A DNA stretch of 64,000 bases, from contig OZ076414.1 in the NCBI GenBank assembly GCA_964187785.1, positions 18,724,001 to 18,788,000 on the forward strand. The letters run 5' to 3'. Of this stretch, positions 23,901 to 35,077 are shown one piece after another. This DNA comes from Amphiscolops sp. MND2022. Lineage: Eukaryota. Position 1 is the stretch's first letter. Each line of letters starts with the position of its first letter. The translations under genes were made by a program, and so were the position numbers. Below the pieces are notes generated by a model. The model ran no database searches, was not told where the DNA came from, and saw only the letters and a program-made list of their open reading frames with translations.

Positions 23901-26900
23901 TGTTTCTTTCTTCAACTTACCTTGAAAGTGACGTGTGTGATGACCCCAAATGAAGATCCCCCAGACCCTCTGAGGGCGTCGAACAGGTCCGTGTTCTCCT
24001 TGAAGGATGCATTCACTGCTTTCCCGGAGGCAGTCACGATCTCGTAGTTCCTCACAGTGTTGATCATCAGGCCGTACTTGCGGGTCGAGAACCCAGTTCC
24101 CCCTGTGGATGAGAGACCCCCAATTCCCACATCCGGACAATCACCTGAAAAAAAAACAGGCTTAGTTGGAAATGCCGTGAAATTTTTGTAAGCACATGTA
24201 TAAAATGCAGTCTAATTTTTGAAAAAAAAAACAGAAAAATCAGGGACCCTGCATGGAAAATATTCTGAAACTTCCCTGCATCTTGGAAAATCTAGGAAAA
24301 GTTCCCTGCATACCGATGGATACCGATGTCACTGGCATATGCTGTCCGTGATTTAAATTGTTGTTTGAATATTCTTCTACATCATTGTTCAAAAATGGAT
24401 CATCATGAAAGGCAACGTAAACGGAAGTCATAATCTTGCACGAATATCCTTACAATGCGTTAAACACGGGAATTCAAAAACCGAATGGTATGTTGAAGCG
24501 AAGAAAAATCACGAAAAAAACATTGAATAATTGAAACGTATGTCAGATACAGAACATAATATTGAATATTTATGAGGATGGCATGAATTAAGCCTGCAAT
24601 TTCAAACGAACAGGCTGAACTTTTTTTGATGATTTCCCAATCCAAGTGCCTTGTAAATTTGAGAGCTTGAAGCATCCGCCATAACTTATAAGCTTATAAC
24701 TTATCTTCTAAAATAGGTTATAAGTATATAGGTTATAAGTTCAGAAATAATAATTGTTTTTTAAAAACTTATAACCCATAAACCTATAACTTTTAAGGAT
24801 CTATACATATATGAAAGAGTTTTTCATGCTCTCAGAAACTTTCCCCGGTTGCCCCCCCCACTAACCCCCAATAAGAAGAAAGTTATGCTTCTTAAGGGCT
24901 TGGAACACTTCGCCGACCCTGTTGCCTACCCCCAGCACCACCTGTTGACTGCCCTTCATCACAGATATGCGCCTCATCCTCTTCATGTCCACGATGAACC
25001 CCCTCTCCACAAACGAAGACCCACTGAAGCTGTGTGCCCCGGACCTCACCCTGAAGGCAACGTCTGGGTTGTCCGCCAGACATTTCACTACCTGTTAAAA
25101 CAAGCGTATTCATATTTATATTGATATACAGTAGTGATTCTGGAAGAAGCCACATAGCACACGGAAAGAAAGCAAATAAGCACATATCATTGGCTGATCA
25201 AGGGCTCACGCGCCCATTTCATTGTTCGAGAGCGATTTCCAAAAACATCATTTTTCAGATTTTTGAATTTTTGACCCACTTACAATTTTTTGATTTCAAA
25301 TTTCTCCAAACATTTCAAATCTGACAATATAATTTTTACTCGAGAATATTCTAAATTGCATTAGTATGAGCTTGTTTGAAGTTGTTAAACTTCGAAATCG
25401 TATCTTAATACATGTATTGACGAAAAAGTCCAAATTTACAGCGTATTTTTCTACCATTTTAGGATGATTTCTAAATCAAAACATATCAAGGGCTTCAGTT
25501 AAATCAGGGGAGTCGATTGAACATAAAATTTATCCAAAATTCCAAGCAAAAGTTGGCTAAAAGTGAGAAAAACATCAATTTTGACCTAAATTTGGTTTAA
25601 AATGGCCTATCGTAACTTCTACAATTTTCATTGCATAACCTTCAATTGAATATATTTGTAAACTACATAAAAATCTAAGAAATTTTCACTTTTATTATTT
25701 TTGAAAAATCGCTGCTGTCTCAGAGATATTCGGATATTCGATTTTGAGATTTGCCTTTTGATGCTTTTAGAAATATCACTACTGTACAGTACAGTGAATA
25801 AGAAATCGTCCCTATGGCGTTCTCAGCCAGTTAAAATTGTTCATTTGCTCTCACTTTCAGTTTTGATTGGTGCATCGAGACAAATTCATGTAATTTGAGT
25901 TTGAGGAAATTTTACCTTTTGAGCTTGATATCTCGGAAAGAGTTGATCATTTTTGAAATCAAAATATATCAATCAATTCAAAAGATTTGTGGGAGTTAAT
26001 TGAGCATAAAGTTTGTCAAAAAACTGCGGATAAAGAGGTCAAAAATTAGAAAAAACGGCAAAAAGTCCCAAATTTGCTCAAAATCAGCTATTTGTAACTT
26101 TCTCAATTTTCGTTCAGGAATTTTTAAAAAATACTGATGTAAACCAGATGAAATTCTAAAAAAAACTTTTATATCTGATATTTTTCAAAATTTCCAAACT
26201 GATTTCAAGAAAATCGAGCCTAAAATCGCCCGTGGGACGTTTTCTTAATCACAGTACTGTATCGTAAATTTACAATGAAGTTATTGTTACATTGAACTCT
26301 TCGGGAAGCATGTATCAACTAGAGCTTCTAGTTTTCATCATTCATCATATACAATTTGTTCACAACAAGGAGGTGAATTTTTGGTCTTTTAGTCCTGATA
26401 AAGCTCATGAGAAAATTTTTTGAAATAGGTTTTTGAGAGACTTCATTGGCGATATGTGGACCAATTTTGCAAACATTTTGTGTTTCTAGTGAAAGTACCT
26501 TTTTATGGTCCTCAGTTGAAACTGCTTGAATTTTTTCAAGTTTTTGTAAGTCTGCATGCAAATGCATCGTGATTTGATAGAAATCTGGCAGAAACATCCA
26601 AGAACAAAAACTTCACTGAACCGTTGCAGTCTTGAACGCCTGTCTGTTTTTCTGTTAATAATTGAAACGCATACATCCTTACTTTGTATTTGTCAAGTTT
26701 TCTAAAAGAGATTTCTAAAATGGGCGACAATTCCAAGGCACGAAATTTTCCAAAATTTCAGAACTATTTTTCAATTCAGCTGAGACCTTATCAATGTTAC
26801 CGCCATCTTAATGCAAAACACTTCAGTCTCTTTATAGATTTCAAAGCAGTCATGCAATTTCACTAACGGTGATTAAATAATCATACTATTTGAGAAAATC

Positions 26901-28242
26901 AAGTCTGAAAACAAATTGATCGAAACTATGAAAGAGTAGAAGTGATCTCAGTTATTACAGAAATAGCGGAGACTGCATTGTAATTCCACAAAATTTCTGC
27001 AGGTAAACCCCTCCAGGTAAACTTTTCCATTCTTTGAACAATTTGGTAGCTTTTTATGCATGAAAGCAACTTGAAACTTTTTTCAGCAGATTCAACTAAG
27101 GGTTGCAAAAATTACAATCAAAATGCCACATTTTGTTGAAGCGGTTTGGAACTTTCTGCAAGCTGCTTTTAGGCAAATGATGCACATTTGTTCAACGTAG
27201 GAGTGCAATGCAGTTTTCACTATTTCAATCGAAACTGAAACAATTTCTACTTCTTCACCGTCTTGTCTGTCCATTTCGTCGCACAGTTTCGTAATAATTT
27301 TTAATACTCTTAGCATGAGAACATTATTGGCTAACTTACAAAAATAATGAATTTGACTCACGGCAGAGGTTTCCTCGGTGGACGTTGGGAAAACGAATCC
27401 GGGCGTGAACTCACAATGATCACAAGACCCATTGGTCCTGTAGTAATAGACATAGATGTTGCTGCTGTGGAAACAGCCAATCACAGACTCGTATTCCAGC
27501 GGCAGCTCACATGGTTTCTGAAACATCAAAAATTGACATGCTTAGAAAATATGTCACCAAATATGGAAACTTCTATGGGCTGAAACTTTTTTGAAAAAAG
27601 TTTTGAAAATACTAGATTTTGAAAGAAATGATGAAGCTTGAGTTTTATTAGGCGATATCATTGAGCTTAGTAAGCCTTACGAAACAGGGTTGCTTTTGAA
27701 CCCTAAGGATTTAATAGTTTTTCAATGATAGATGATGTTTTTCAAAGATGATTTTCCAATAATTATGATCTATATAAATAAAATTAGTTTTCAATTTGTC
27801 ACGCTGTGAAGTGGGTCGCTGACTTAAGCTAATAAAGGCCTTTTAACTGAAATTTTTTATATATGGCTTGATTATAACCAAAGTTGACTTCAGACTCTAA
27901 GTAAAAAAGACTCCAGGACAAAGTTTTGATGTTAAAAGCAAACTTGAAAAATGAATGGAAAACTAGGAAATTAATGTAGACTAATCTTACTTTCCCGAGG
28001 AGACAAATTGTGTCGTCAATCTTGGAGTAATCGTCGGGTGATTGTTCCGGCTGCAGATTCGAAGTCTTCTCTTTCTTGTTTTCAATTTTGGTGTGAGAAG
28101 CACGTTTGGAAAACTTGGGAAACTTAACATCGCTTAACGTCCACCAAAGTACAAGGCCAATGATTATCGCCAAAACCGGGTAAAAGGAAAAGAATAGAGA
28201 CGAACTCTTTTTCGAACTTTTTCCCGAACGCCATGACGCCAT
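17799..28242 (-). CDS. BBE-like FAD-linked oxidase (FAD_binding_4 and BBE domains), 9 exons, 590 aa: join 28242-27991, 27517-27362, 25091-24866, 24144-23921, 23437-23266, 22534-22370, 20148-19948, 19291-19115, 17998-17799
   Basis: All introns GT-AG with matching phases (0,0,1,0,1,1,1,1); exon sum 1773 nt open to TGA. Motifs P-x-S-x-EE, RVRSGAHS, GDCPDVGIGG, GGTGFSTRKYGL, LFDALRGSGGSSFGVIT, SYRGYEDL and RVKSKYDPGNLFR. Confidence 0.9.
18510..19096 (+). mobile_element. HINE-like element copy 2, in intron 8
   Basis: Same subTIR, hairpin and core as 5667-6236. Confidence 0.75.
19115..19291 (-). CDS. BBE-like oxidase exon 8
   Basis: Acceptor GGCAG, donor G|GTACGG; DEYFGVYSGKGCRAII...SYRGYEDLSE. 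Confidence 0.8.
19948..20148 (-). CDS. BBE-like oxidase exon 7
   Basis: Acceptor TTCTGCAG, weak donor G|GTTGAC; ...IPIEALEELE...VNIELFGG. Confidence 0.75.
20234..20832. mobile_element. Possible decayed TIR element beginning CACAGTG (Transib/CMC-like)
   Basis: Left CACAGTGTCAAATCAATAAACAGGCGG; degenerate inverted CCGCCTGATTCTATTCTGAAAACTTCG at the right. Confidence 0.3.
20849..21678. mobile_element. Family C TIR element, older and longer copy in intron 6
   Basis: CCCAGGTTTTTGATCTTT start; both ends colinear with 10405-10900; right TIR degraded. Confidence 0.7.
22066..22107. repeat. (TA)n microsatellite
   Basis: Run of TA with GTA interruptions. Confidence 0.9.
22370..22534 (-). CDS. BBE-like oxidase exon 6
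   Basis: Acceptor TTTCCAG, donor G|GTGCGG; KILNSPTKGLNIMDHLVEE...LQNAT. Confidence 0.8.
23266..23437 (-). CDS. BBE-like oxidase exon 5 (absent from the ORF track)
   Basis: Acceptor TTTTATAG, donor G|GTAAGA; VETLDPHYGFLRFEVAKSSMAEWLHYFF...LLIQGALT, open throughout. Confidence 0.85.
23508..23614. mobile_element. 107-bp Tc1/mariner (pogo/Tigger-type) MITE with TA TSD, in intron 4
   Basis: TA|CCGTATATTCCGGCGTATTAG ... CTTATACGCCGGAAGATACGG|TA. Confidence 0.85.
23921..24144 (-). CDS. BBE-like oxidase exon 4 (Cys FAD-attachment motif)
   Basis: Acceptor TTTTTCAG, donor AAG|GTAAGT; GDCPDVGIGG...RKYGL...LRGSGGSSFGVITHVTFK. Confidence 0.93.
24866..25091 (-). CDS. BBE-like oxidase exon 3 (His FAD-attachment motif)
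   Basis: Acceptor TTAACAG, donor G|GTTAGT; VVKCLADNPDVAFRVRSGAHSFSGSS...IVDMKRMR. Confidence 0.93.
25129..25784. mobile_element. TA-flanked MITE 1 (TIR CAGTAGTGAT), intron 2
   Basis: TA|CAGTAGTGAT ... ATCACTACTG|TA. Confidence 0.7.
25787..26259. mobile_element. TA-flanked MITE 2 (TIR CAGTACAGTGAATAAGAAATCGTCCC), intron 2
   Basis: TA|CAGTACAGTGAATAAGAAATCGTCCC ... GGGACGTTTTCTTAATCACAGTACTG|TA. Confidence 0.8.
26330..27340 (-). pseudogene. Highly decayed hAT-type transposase remnant in intron 2
   Basis: Frameshifted ...IFATL.(V)ESAEKSFKLLSCIKSY resembles the hAT dimerisation motif (TLPvs.aSAERSFS.LK.IK.Y). Confidence 0.45.
27362..27517 (-). CDS. BBE-like oxidase exon 2
   Basis: Acceptor GTTTCAG, donor GCC|GTGAGT; KPCELPLEY...FTPGFVFPTSTEETSA. 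Confidence 0.85.
27991..28242 (-). CDS. BBE-like oxidase exon 1 (basic N-tail, TM/signal anchor, stem)
   Basis: ATG at 28242; MASWRSGKSSKK..FFSFYPVLAIIIGLVLWWTLS; donor AAA|GTAAGA in phase 0. Confidence 0.8.
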
Positions 28243-28893
28243 ATTTTTATTATAAACTGCTGGTTACGAATGTCAAGTTGATGAATGTTTTACTTAGTAA
28301 CCAGAGCAAAGTATTCGAAAACAAGTTGCAATTACTAAATAGATAATGATAAAAGAGATTGCTCATTTTAGTTTCAGTGAGTAATTATATCTTGAATAAG
28401 TCAACCGAAGTTATTAAAAAATGATTACAAGCACCGCATATAACCAGAGTTCAGTAATTATAAAATTGTGTTGCCAGTGGCCATATCTCTAAAATTTTAT
28501 AATTGATTGAAATCACAATCATTTTGTTTCTCAAATTTTAGAGGTTGAAAAATCGAGTTGAATTCGACAGATGAACCATGAAAACTTGTGAGAAAGTGCA
28601 ACGTGAGATTTTTAGAGCTTTGCATATTTTTGCAGAGAACAAGCCATCACAACATAAGCTAATACGACGAAGTCTATATGAGTGGATTTTTATAAAATTA
28701 CTTTCAAGTTGTTGATTTATGTCAGACGTTTTTTTAAAGATTTAAGCTTGGTTACTAAGACAACCATTCAGCAGAAACGATAAAACTGCTGATTTAAAAT
28801 CGAAAAAAAAGGTGAATAATGTACAATATTTTTTCAGGGCACAAGTTGTTTGGAAAACAGCTGTTGTATACTAAAGCTAAGGTTAAAAAACAG

Positions 28894-29641
28894 CCCTGGT
28901 CGAGAAAAAATGCGTTCCTTGCAAGGATCTTGCAAGATCCTTGTAAAAATGCAATTACTTGTAAGATCTTGCAAGGAAATTTGTTCCTTGCAAGATCTTG
29001 CAAGGAATTGTTTTCCTTGAAAGATCTTGCAAGGAAACTTTTTCCTTGAACGATCTTGCAAGGAAATGCTTTCCTTGCAAGATTCTTGAGTTCAATGTAC
29101 TTCATACTGAGAAATTATGTTAACGTAGTCGTGATTTGAGAATAATGTCAAAAACGTTAATAACTATTATTTCAGAAGGGTAATTTAACAAATTGAAAAA
29201 TAATTCCAATCAAAATATTATGCACAGTCTAATTTCAAATCAATAACTGGTACATAACACAATTGGTTGGAAAAAATTTTCAGAATACTCTGAATTATTT
29301 TAAATGTTGCGTCACTGAAAAGTACTACTACTTTTCAAATAACTTCACTAAGGTCACACTTTTAGAGATATTTTCTAGAGTTTGCATCTTTTTGGTGGTT
29401 GAATCCTCTAGTAAATAAACCCCGTTCTGTGACAGAATCTAATAGTCACGATGCAGTAGTCAACTTGAAGTCAAAAACAATGAATATTAAAAATTTAAAA
29501 AAATGTCGAGAACCTTCCACGAAATTTTTCTCCTTGGAAGAATCTTGCAAGATGTCTTGCAGAAAAATGCATTATCTTGCAAGACCTTGAAAGAAAGTCT
29601 TGCAAGATCCTTGCAAGGAACGCATTTTTTTTCAACCAGGG
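28894..29641. mobile_element. Complete family B TIR element with 2-bp TSD AG
   Basis: AG|CCCTGGTCGAGAAAAAATGCGTTCCTTGCAAGGATCTTGCAAG ... CTTGCAAGATCCTTGCAAGGAACGCATTTTTTTTCAACCAGGG|AG. Confidence 0.85.
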
Positions 29642-30665
29642 AGGATTACTGAAAGTTGCTATATGCAACTGTATCTCAACTAAACAAACTTGTTATATTA
29701 TCAGTTTCTGTATCTGAGTTTAAAATTTATCTACAGTGAGCAGGTGAAACCGAAGGTAGGGGTCATGAAGGATGAACCGGATAACATTCCCCTTTGTCTC
29801 TCCGGATCGTTTGTTGGAAGGTTTACGTTCCGGGTGAGGTTATATCTCCCTGCAGAAAGTCGGCGGGATTCTGTACAGTCTCCAGCTTTGGCGTTCCCTT
29901 CGTTCAGTTCCATTTAGGGCTTGTAACAAATTAAATAAATTAATCATTCACCAAAAGTCTCCCTTATGTGGATTCGGTATGAGGGTTTCCCTGCCGTATC
30001 GATTCGACTCATTCACTTTTCGGCGTGACTGCCTATATTTCAGTCAGTCATATTGAGGACATTTTGCTCTCGTTTAGAATTGTCATTGACGTAAAAGTTT
30101 TAGAAGATTCCATTCAGGACCGTTGATTCCCTTCGGATCCTAGGTTGAAAGTCTTCACAAAGAGAACCATTCAGAAAGAGATCTGTGATCTGACAAATAA
30201 ACTCACGCTTTTAATACTCTGGAGCGTTTCTCTACTTGATCCAAACTGAATGAAAGTTTTACTTTTGACAATTGACATGGGCAAAAAATGAAAAACACAC
30301 AAAAATTGTCGAAAACATTTGAATACTGTAAGTTTCAAAACGTTGGTTACACTTTGAAACATTTTGTCAGTATGCTTATTGATTTTCATCTTGAATTCTC
30401 ATTTAAAGTGACTGCATGCTTTTTGCAAATTGCAAGAAAAAATCAGCTGTTTTACATAAAACGGATATTGACGAGATATAAGCCGAACAATTTTCGAGTA
30501 CACATATGCAGATATACATATGAACGGTGGAAACAGGACCGCCGAAGATCATAAATCTACAAAGATCAAAATGCTTTCATTATTGTACACATACAGAAGC
30601 ATGCTTTAATTTGAAACGGTAAATAAAACGACCACAGTCACTAATTTCTGCTTCCGAAGCTGCTT

Positions 30666-30754
30666 TTCTGAGAGACAATTTCTTCGTTGTTGGCATTGAA
30701 GTTGCAAAATTTCTGAGAGACAATTCTTCGTTGTTGGCATTGGAGTTGCAGAAT
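30666..30754. repeat. Tandem duplication of a 44-45-bp unit
   Basis: TTCTGAGAGACAAT(T)TCTTCGTTGTTGGCATTG(A/G)AGTTGCA(A/G)AAT twice. Confidence 0.9.
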
Positions 30755-33074
30755 TCTGCAAAAACGGCGAATTGAAACCACCAGACCATCAGTTTGTCTT
30801 TTGAAGAACTTGTGGTATCACTGTACTGAACACTTGGACCCAATTTTACAACATCGACAAAGCAAAAGTTTTATTTGCTTCATCTTTCATCGGGAATTGA
30901 ACTGCAAAAAGAGAACTTTATTAACCATCTATTGACCTAAATAAACAACTGAGGGTAATAAAAATCTCCCTTGTTTCTTCATTTATGTCATGCGACGGTT
31001 TTAACACATTAAACATTAACCTCAAAAAAAGGTGGTTAGGGGTGCGTGACGTAGTAGTTGGAGCCATCGGTCGGAACTGGGTCTGAACTGGAGTATCTTG
31101 TTCGAATCATTTTCACCTCATCATTGTTGGGTCTCAAAACAAGTCACCTAGAGCAATTCAAGAGCGCCTAGATCAGAAAGAGCCCAAGCGAAAGGTTCCC
31201 TAACTGCTATAGAAAGCAACGTCTTGCAGTTACCCAATTCTCCAACATGGTTCTCATAAACCCTCAAAATACGTGAACTAAAATGGCGAGTCCAGAAATA
31301 CAAGTTTCAGTCGCCTATACAAAAGTTTGTCAGAGTTGTGACATCGAAAACTGACTTTGACGCTGGTTAAACTGAACTTTTGAGAGCTATTACCTCTTAC
31401 TTTGTTCTATGAAAAATTAGTGCGCTGTTTTCATTACAAATTTGTATGACTTTAATTTTTGACATTGTCAACAGCCTCAATATAATTCAGTTTCTCTCGA
31501 ATTTCTGAGCTTTGACAGCTCCCAAAATTCAATGCTTCTCAAAATTCCGGAAGTGATATTTTTACAGAACTGGTTTTCCAATGTCTGTAATTACATTGAA
31601 CCCAAGTCAGAAACTGAACTCGACCTAAAAGGCGTTTCTCTCGGCGTAGACTTCACCACTGGCGTAATTTCATTGGTGATCGAATGTTCAGGAACACTTG
31701 TCTTCGATACCGTAATGCATAGGGAGTAGCTTTGGTAGACACCACTGATGACCTTCACCGCATTTCGAAACGGTGTTATTAGGTGTTAAAGGTTTCTTGA
31801 TGATGATGTCCGTGGTCAAAACTTAGCAGCACCGTCCTTCAAAATTGATTAGTTTTATATACGTGTCCCTTCAGGCACTTAATTGCTTTCTTTACTTCTT
31901 ACTCAGATGCTGAATTAATCATTTGCTTGTTTGAGATTACTGGGCGAACCAAAAAAAACGGAACGCACAAAAATTTCATTCTTCAAAATTGTAATTTTTG
32001 TTAAAATTCCACAGAAAATCACTCACTTTTCTGTCAAACTTGAGCTATCATCACGTAACCAATTTTTCAACCAAGTTCAGTTGGTAACCGTGATCTTGAC
32101 CGAACAGGATTATAGCCGCTTGATATTGCAACCGAATTTATATGCAATAACTTTTCTTCTGACTGCAACTTAATTTTACAGTATAGTTACGAAATCGAAG
32201 TTTCTTTGTCAGGTGGTTTGACCAATTACAATGGAGAATTCAATCGCATTATGCTATAAAAATATTCGCCTAACTTGGCCACTGTGACGAATTCGGCACA
32301 TTTAGTTTCTGCAAAATCTAAAAGCACCAGCTGATTGTATGCGAAAGAAAACTCTTGAATAAGATTTTCAGACGATATTGCATAGCATTCGGTGCCTTTT
32401 CGCGGAATAAAGGCATGATGTCTCCGAAACCCAGAATATGAGATCAAAAAAACTTTTAAAAATCAGTGCAGATATTCCGTTTTTCCAGTTTTTGTTTGTG
32501 ATCCTTTTATCCCACTGATATCGACATTGGGTCAAAGGGGCCCCAGCATGTTTTGAAGCATGCTGAAAAGCAATCAGAGACACGACGCGTGCAAAGTTAT
32601 GGCGCAAATTCCGGAGTCAGTGCGGCGCAGCCACACCCCAGTGGATGACTTCGCGCAAAAAACATTGCGCGCCAGGGGCCTGTGCTAGCGGGCCTCCAGC
32701 TCAGCAGTTTAAAAATTGATTTCAAAGCCCTGATGCTCCTCTTTCGAACGCTGTATAAATCGTTTGTCGGACTTGAATAGTTTAGGAGATATTGCGGTTC
32801 AAAGTTTAAGCAGCAACCGATTTTTGGATGGATCCAGAAATTTACTGGTCAACTTAAGGTTAATCCTGTTTCGCTATAATCCATAGCACCAGGTTGGTTG
32901 AAACATTCTGAAAACTTTTGTTTACAAATATTTGAAATTTTGAATGCTCAAAATTTTTTTGCCGTTGTTTCGGTTCACCTAGTACTCCTTTTATGGAATT
33001 TTTCGGTGAGTTCTTTCACGTCTCCTAAGTTCTTCCTTTCAATCGGGATATATTTTTCCAGTATGCTCAGGTTC

Positions 33075-33560
33075 AATGAATGAATGAATGAATAATTTAT
33101 TAATTTGTTGCCCGAGGGCGTACAAATTACAAACAATAAAGAGAATGATAATTAGCTAGTACTAGATGTATAAGCTTTACAGATGATACCGCATAGGGCG
33201 GAAAGTTTTTTGAGTAATTCAAAATTCACGATTTCATCAGCTGGTCAAATTTCACCATATTCGTATACGAGTAATAAAAATCCGGAATAAGTTCTCTATC
33301 TCTAAAATATTCACATACCATAATCATGTGATTATCATCCGCTTTACAATGCTTACAGCAAAACGGACAATTTTGATTATAGTTGTCAGTGATTCTCTCT
33401 GTCACTCTCGGTGAGGTGTACGGAGCGCAGCGAAATAAGTAGCTACCTTGATGGCGACATCAATGCTCAGTAAACACTGGCGTATTAGTGATGCAATTTT
33501 TCAAACGACTAAAGCTAAACTCAAAACTACAATTTGTTGGGTTAGTTGTCTTCCAACTTT
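33075..33560 (-). mobile_element. 5'-truncated LINE 3' end (L2/CR1-group-like) with (TTCA)n tail
   Basis: Minus-strand CPFCCKHCKADDNHMIMVCEYFRDRELIPDFYYSYTNMVKFDQLMKS resembles the C..C...DE.H....C..F...R C-terminus of LINE ORF2; followed by AATAAA and TTCATTCATTCATTCA. Confidence 0.7.
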
Positions 33561-34401
33561 ACAAGCTGTCAACAATGTAGTGAAATAGAATAATTAATGA
33601 AAGATGTGAAAATACAGCATTTGTGCTCGTTACACAAAACGCGGCTGATGGATATGTCTATCAGCACCCAAAAAGTGACATTCATAACAAGTTTTACAAG
33701 GTCGGCGATTTTTTGAAGTGTTTTTACCTCACTTAACATTTAAATTTGACTTTTAAAATATTGATCTCGAACCTCGCCAATTATTGAAGCATTTCAAACA
33801 ATTCGAAAAAAAACTAGATGATCATAAACTTGCGTTTCTGAAAATGAACACGGAAATGAAAATATTGAAATTTGCGACATCTTTCAGCAACCTCTGCAAT
33901 ATTGAAAATGCAGAAAAATTTAATGTTCAATGCGTGAAAGTATTGTGTTCTTAAGTGTGACAAAAATAGTGAGAAAGTTACGAACTGCACAGATTTTGTT
34001 TCTTGCTGAGATGAAAGAAGTTGAAGGAATCTGACAGGCGCTGCTCTCATCTTTTCACAGAGGATGCCTGCAACATTGATGTTTGTTTTGAGTCTCCAGT
34101 TACTTGCTAGAATTGATTTTGCCTTTTAATCTCTTTACTCTTACCTTTTCTCCCAACTTGCACTAATCACACAATCAAAACTTGTCACAATTATCCCTTT
34201 TCTAATTTATTCAATCTGCAGCTCGCACGTCATCTATTTCATTAAAAATCGACAGAAAAGTTTACCAGGTAACTTTTTCAGCTAGCTTGAAATTATTGTC
34301 TTTTCCATAAATTTTCCTATGCTTGTTATTAGGTTGTGAAATGAAAAACAATTTTGATTTTTTGATACCCTATCGAGGCCATTTGGCTTTCGAGCATAAA
34401 T

Positions 34402-34683
34402 AAACAAGACAGGAACGTCTAAAGTCGGCGCTATTTCCAAGGCTCAAATAGCGCAAAGTCTTTGAAATTGTAAGAGGGGGACCCTTTGGGCTCTTCGAAA
34501 ATCCAATTTGTTGCAAAATTTGTTATTAGGCCTATCTCCGATATCGAGAAGTAATTTGCAGCGGTATTGTTTTCCCGAGTAAACGTCACAAGCATAGCAT
34601 AAGATAGGAGGAAGTAATTAACTCTAAAAAACGCGTTCTGATTTTTAATGTCTGTCAGAAAAAAGACTGGTTTGGGTATGCAC
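34402..34683 (-). mobile_element. HINE-like element, 3' portion with extra segment
   Basis: AAACAAGACAGGAACGTCTAAAGTCGGCGCTA terminus; shares an extra segment with the copy at 37503. Confidence 0.7.
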
Positions 34684-34993
34684 AAACTATGTGGGCAAAG
34701 TCCTTAAATGTGAAAAAATATAGTTGATATGTGAACACGTGAAAAAATTGGAGATGTTTGCTACTTGAGCGTATGAGTTTTCACTCAGGTATGACTTTCA
34801 TTTGGATCGTGATCAACGATTGCTGTGTACCACGCAGCCGTGCAGCAAAACTGGCATGTGCCATTAGTGAAGTTGTGTGTTTGGACGCAGTTGTTCCAAT
34901 GCTAGTTCATTTGTTGGTTTCGTCAAACTGCTATATAATTTTTTCTAAATTCTGTCATTTTCTGACTTTTGAAAAAATAAAAATAGAGTCTCT

Positions 34994-35000
<7 letters not shown>

Positions 35001-35074
<74 letters not shown>
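35001..35074. repeat. (CT)n microsatellite
   Basis: About 74 bp of pure CT repeat. Confidence 0.97.

Positions 35075-35077
<3 letters not shown>

Noticed and set aside
28915-29085. Regularly spaced CTTGCAAG repeats resembling a CRISPR-like array
   Set aside because: Repeats are short and irregular, lie inside a TIR element with a TSD, and have no unique spacers or cas genes.
31560-31790. GPCR helix-8-like FRNAVK frame on the minus strand
   Set aside because: Stop codon directly upstream and no TM7 NPxxY.
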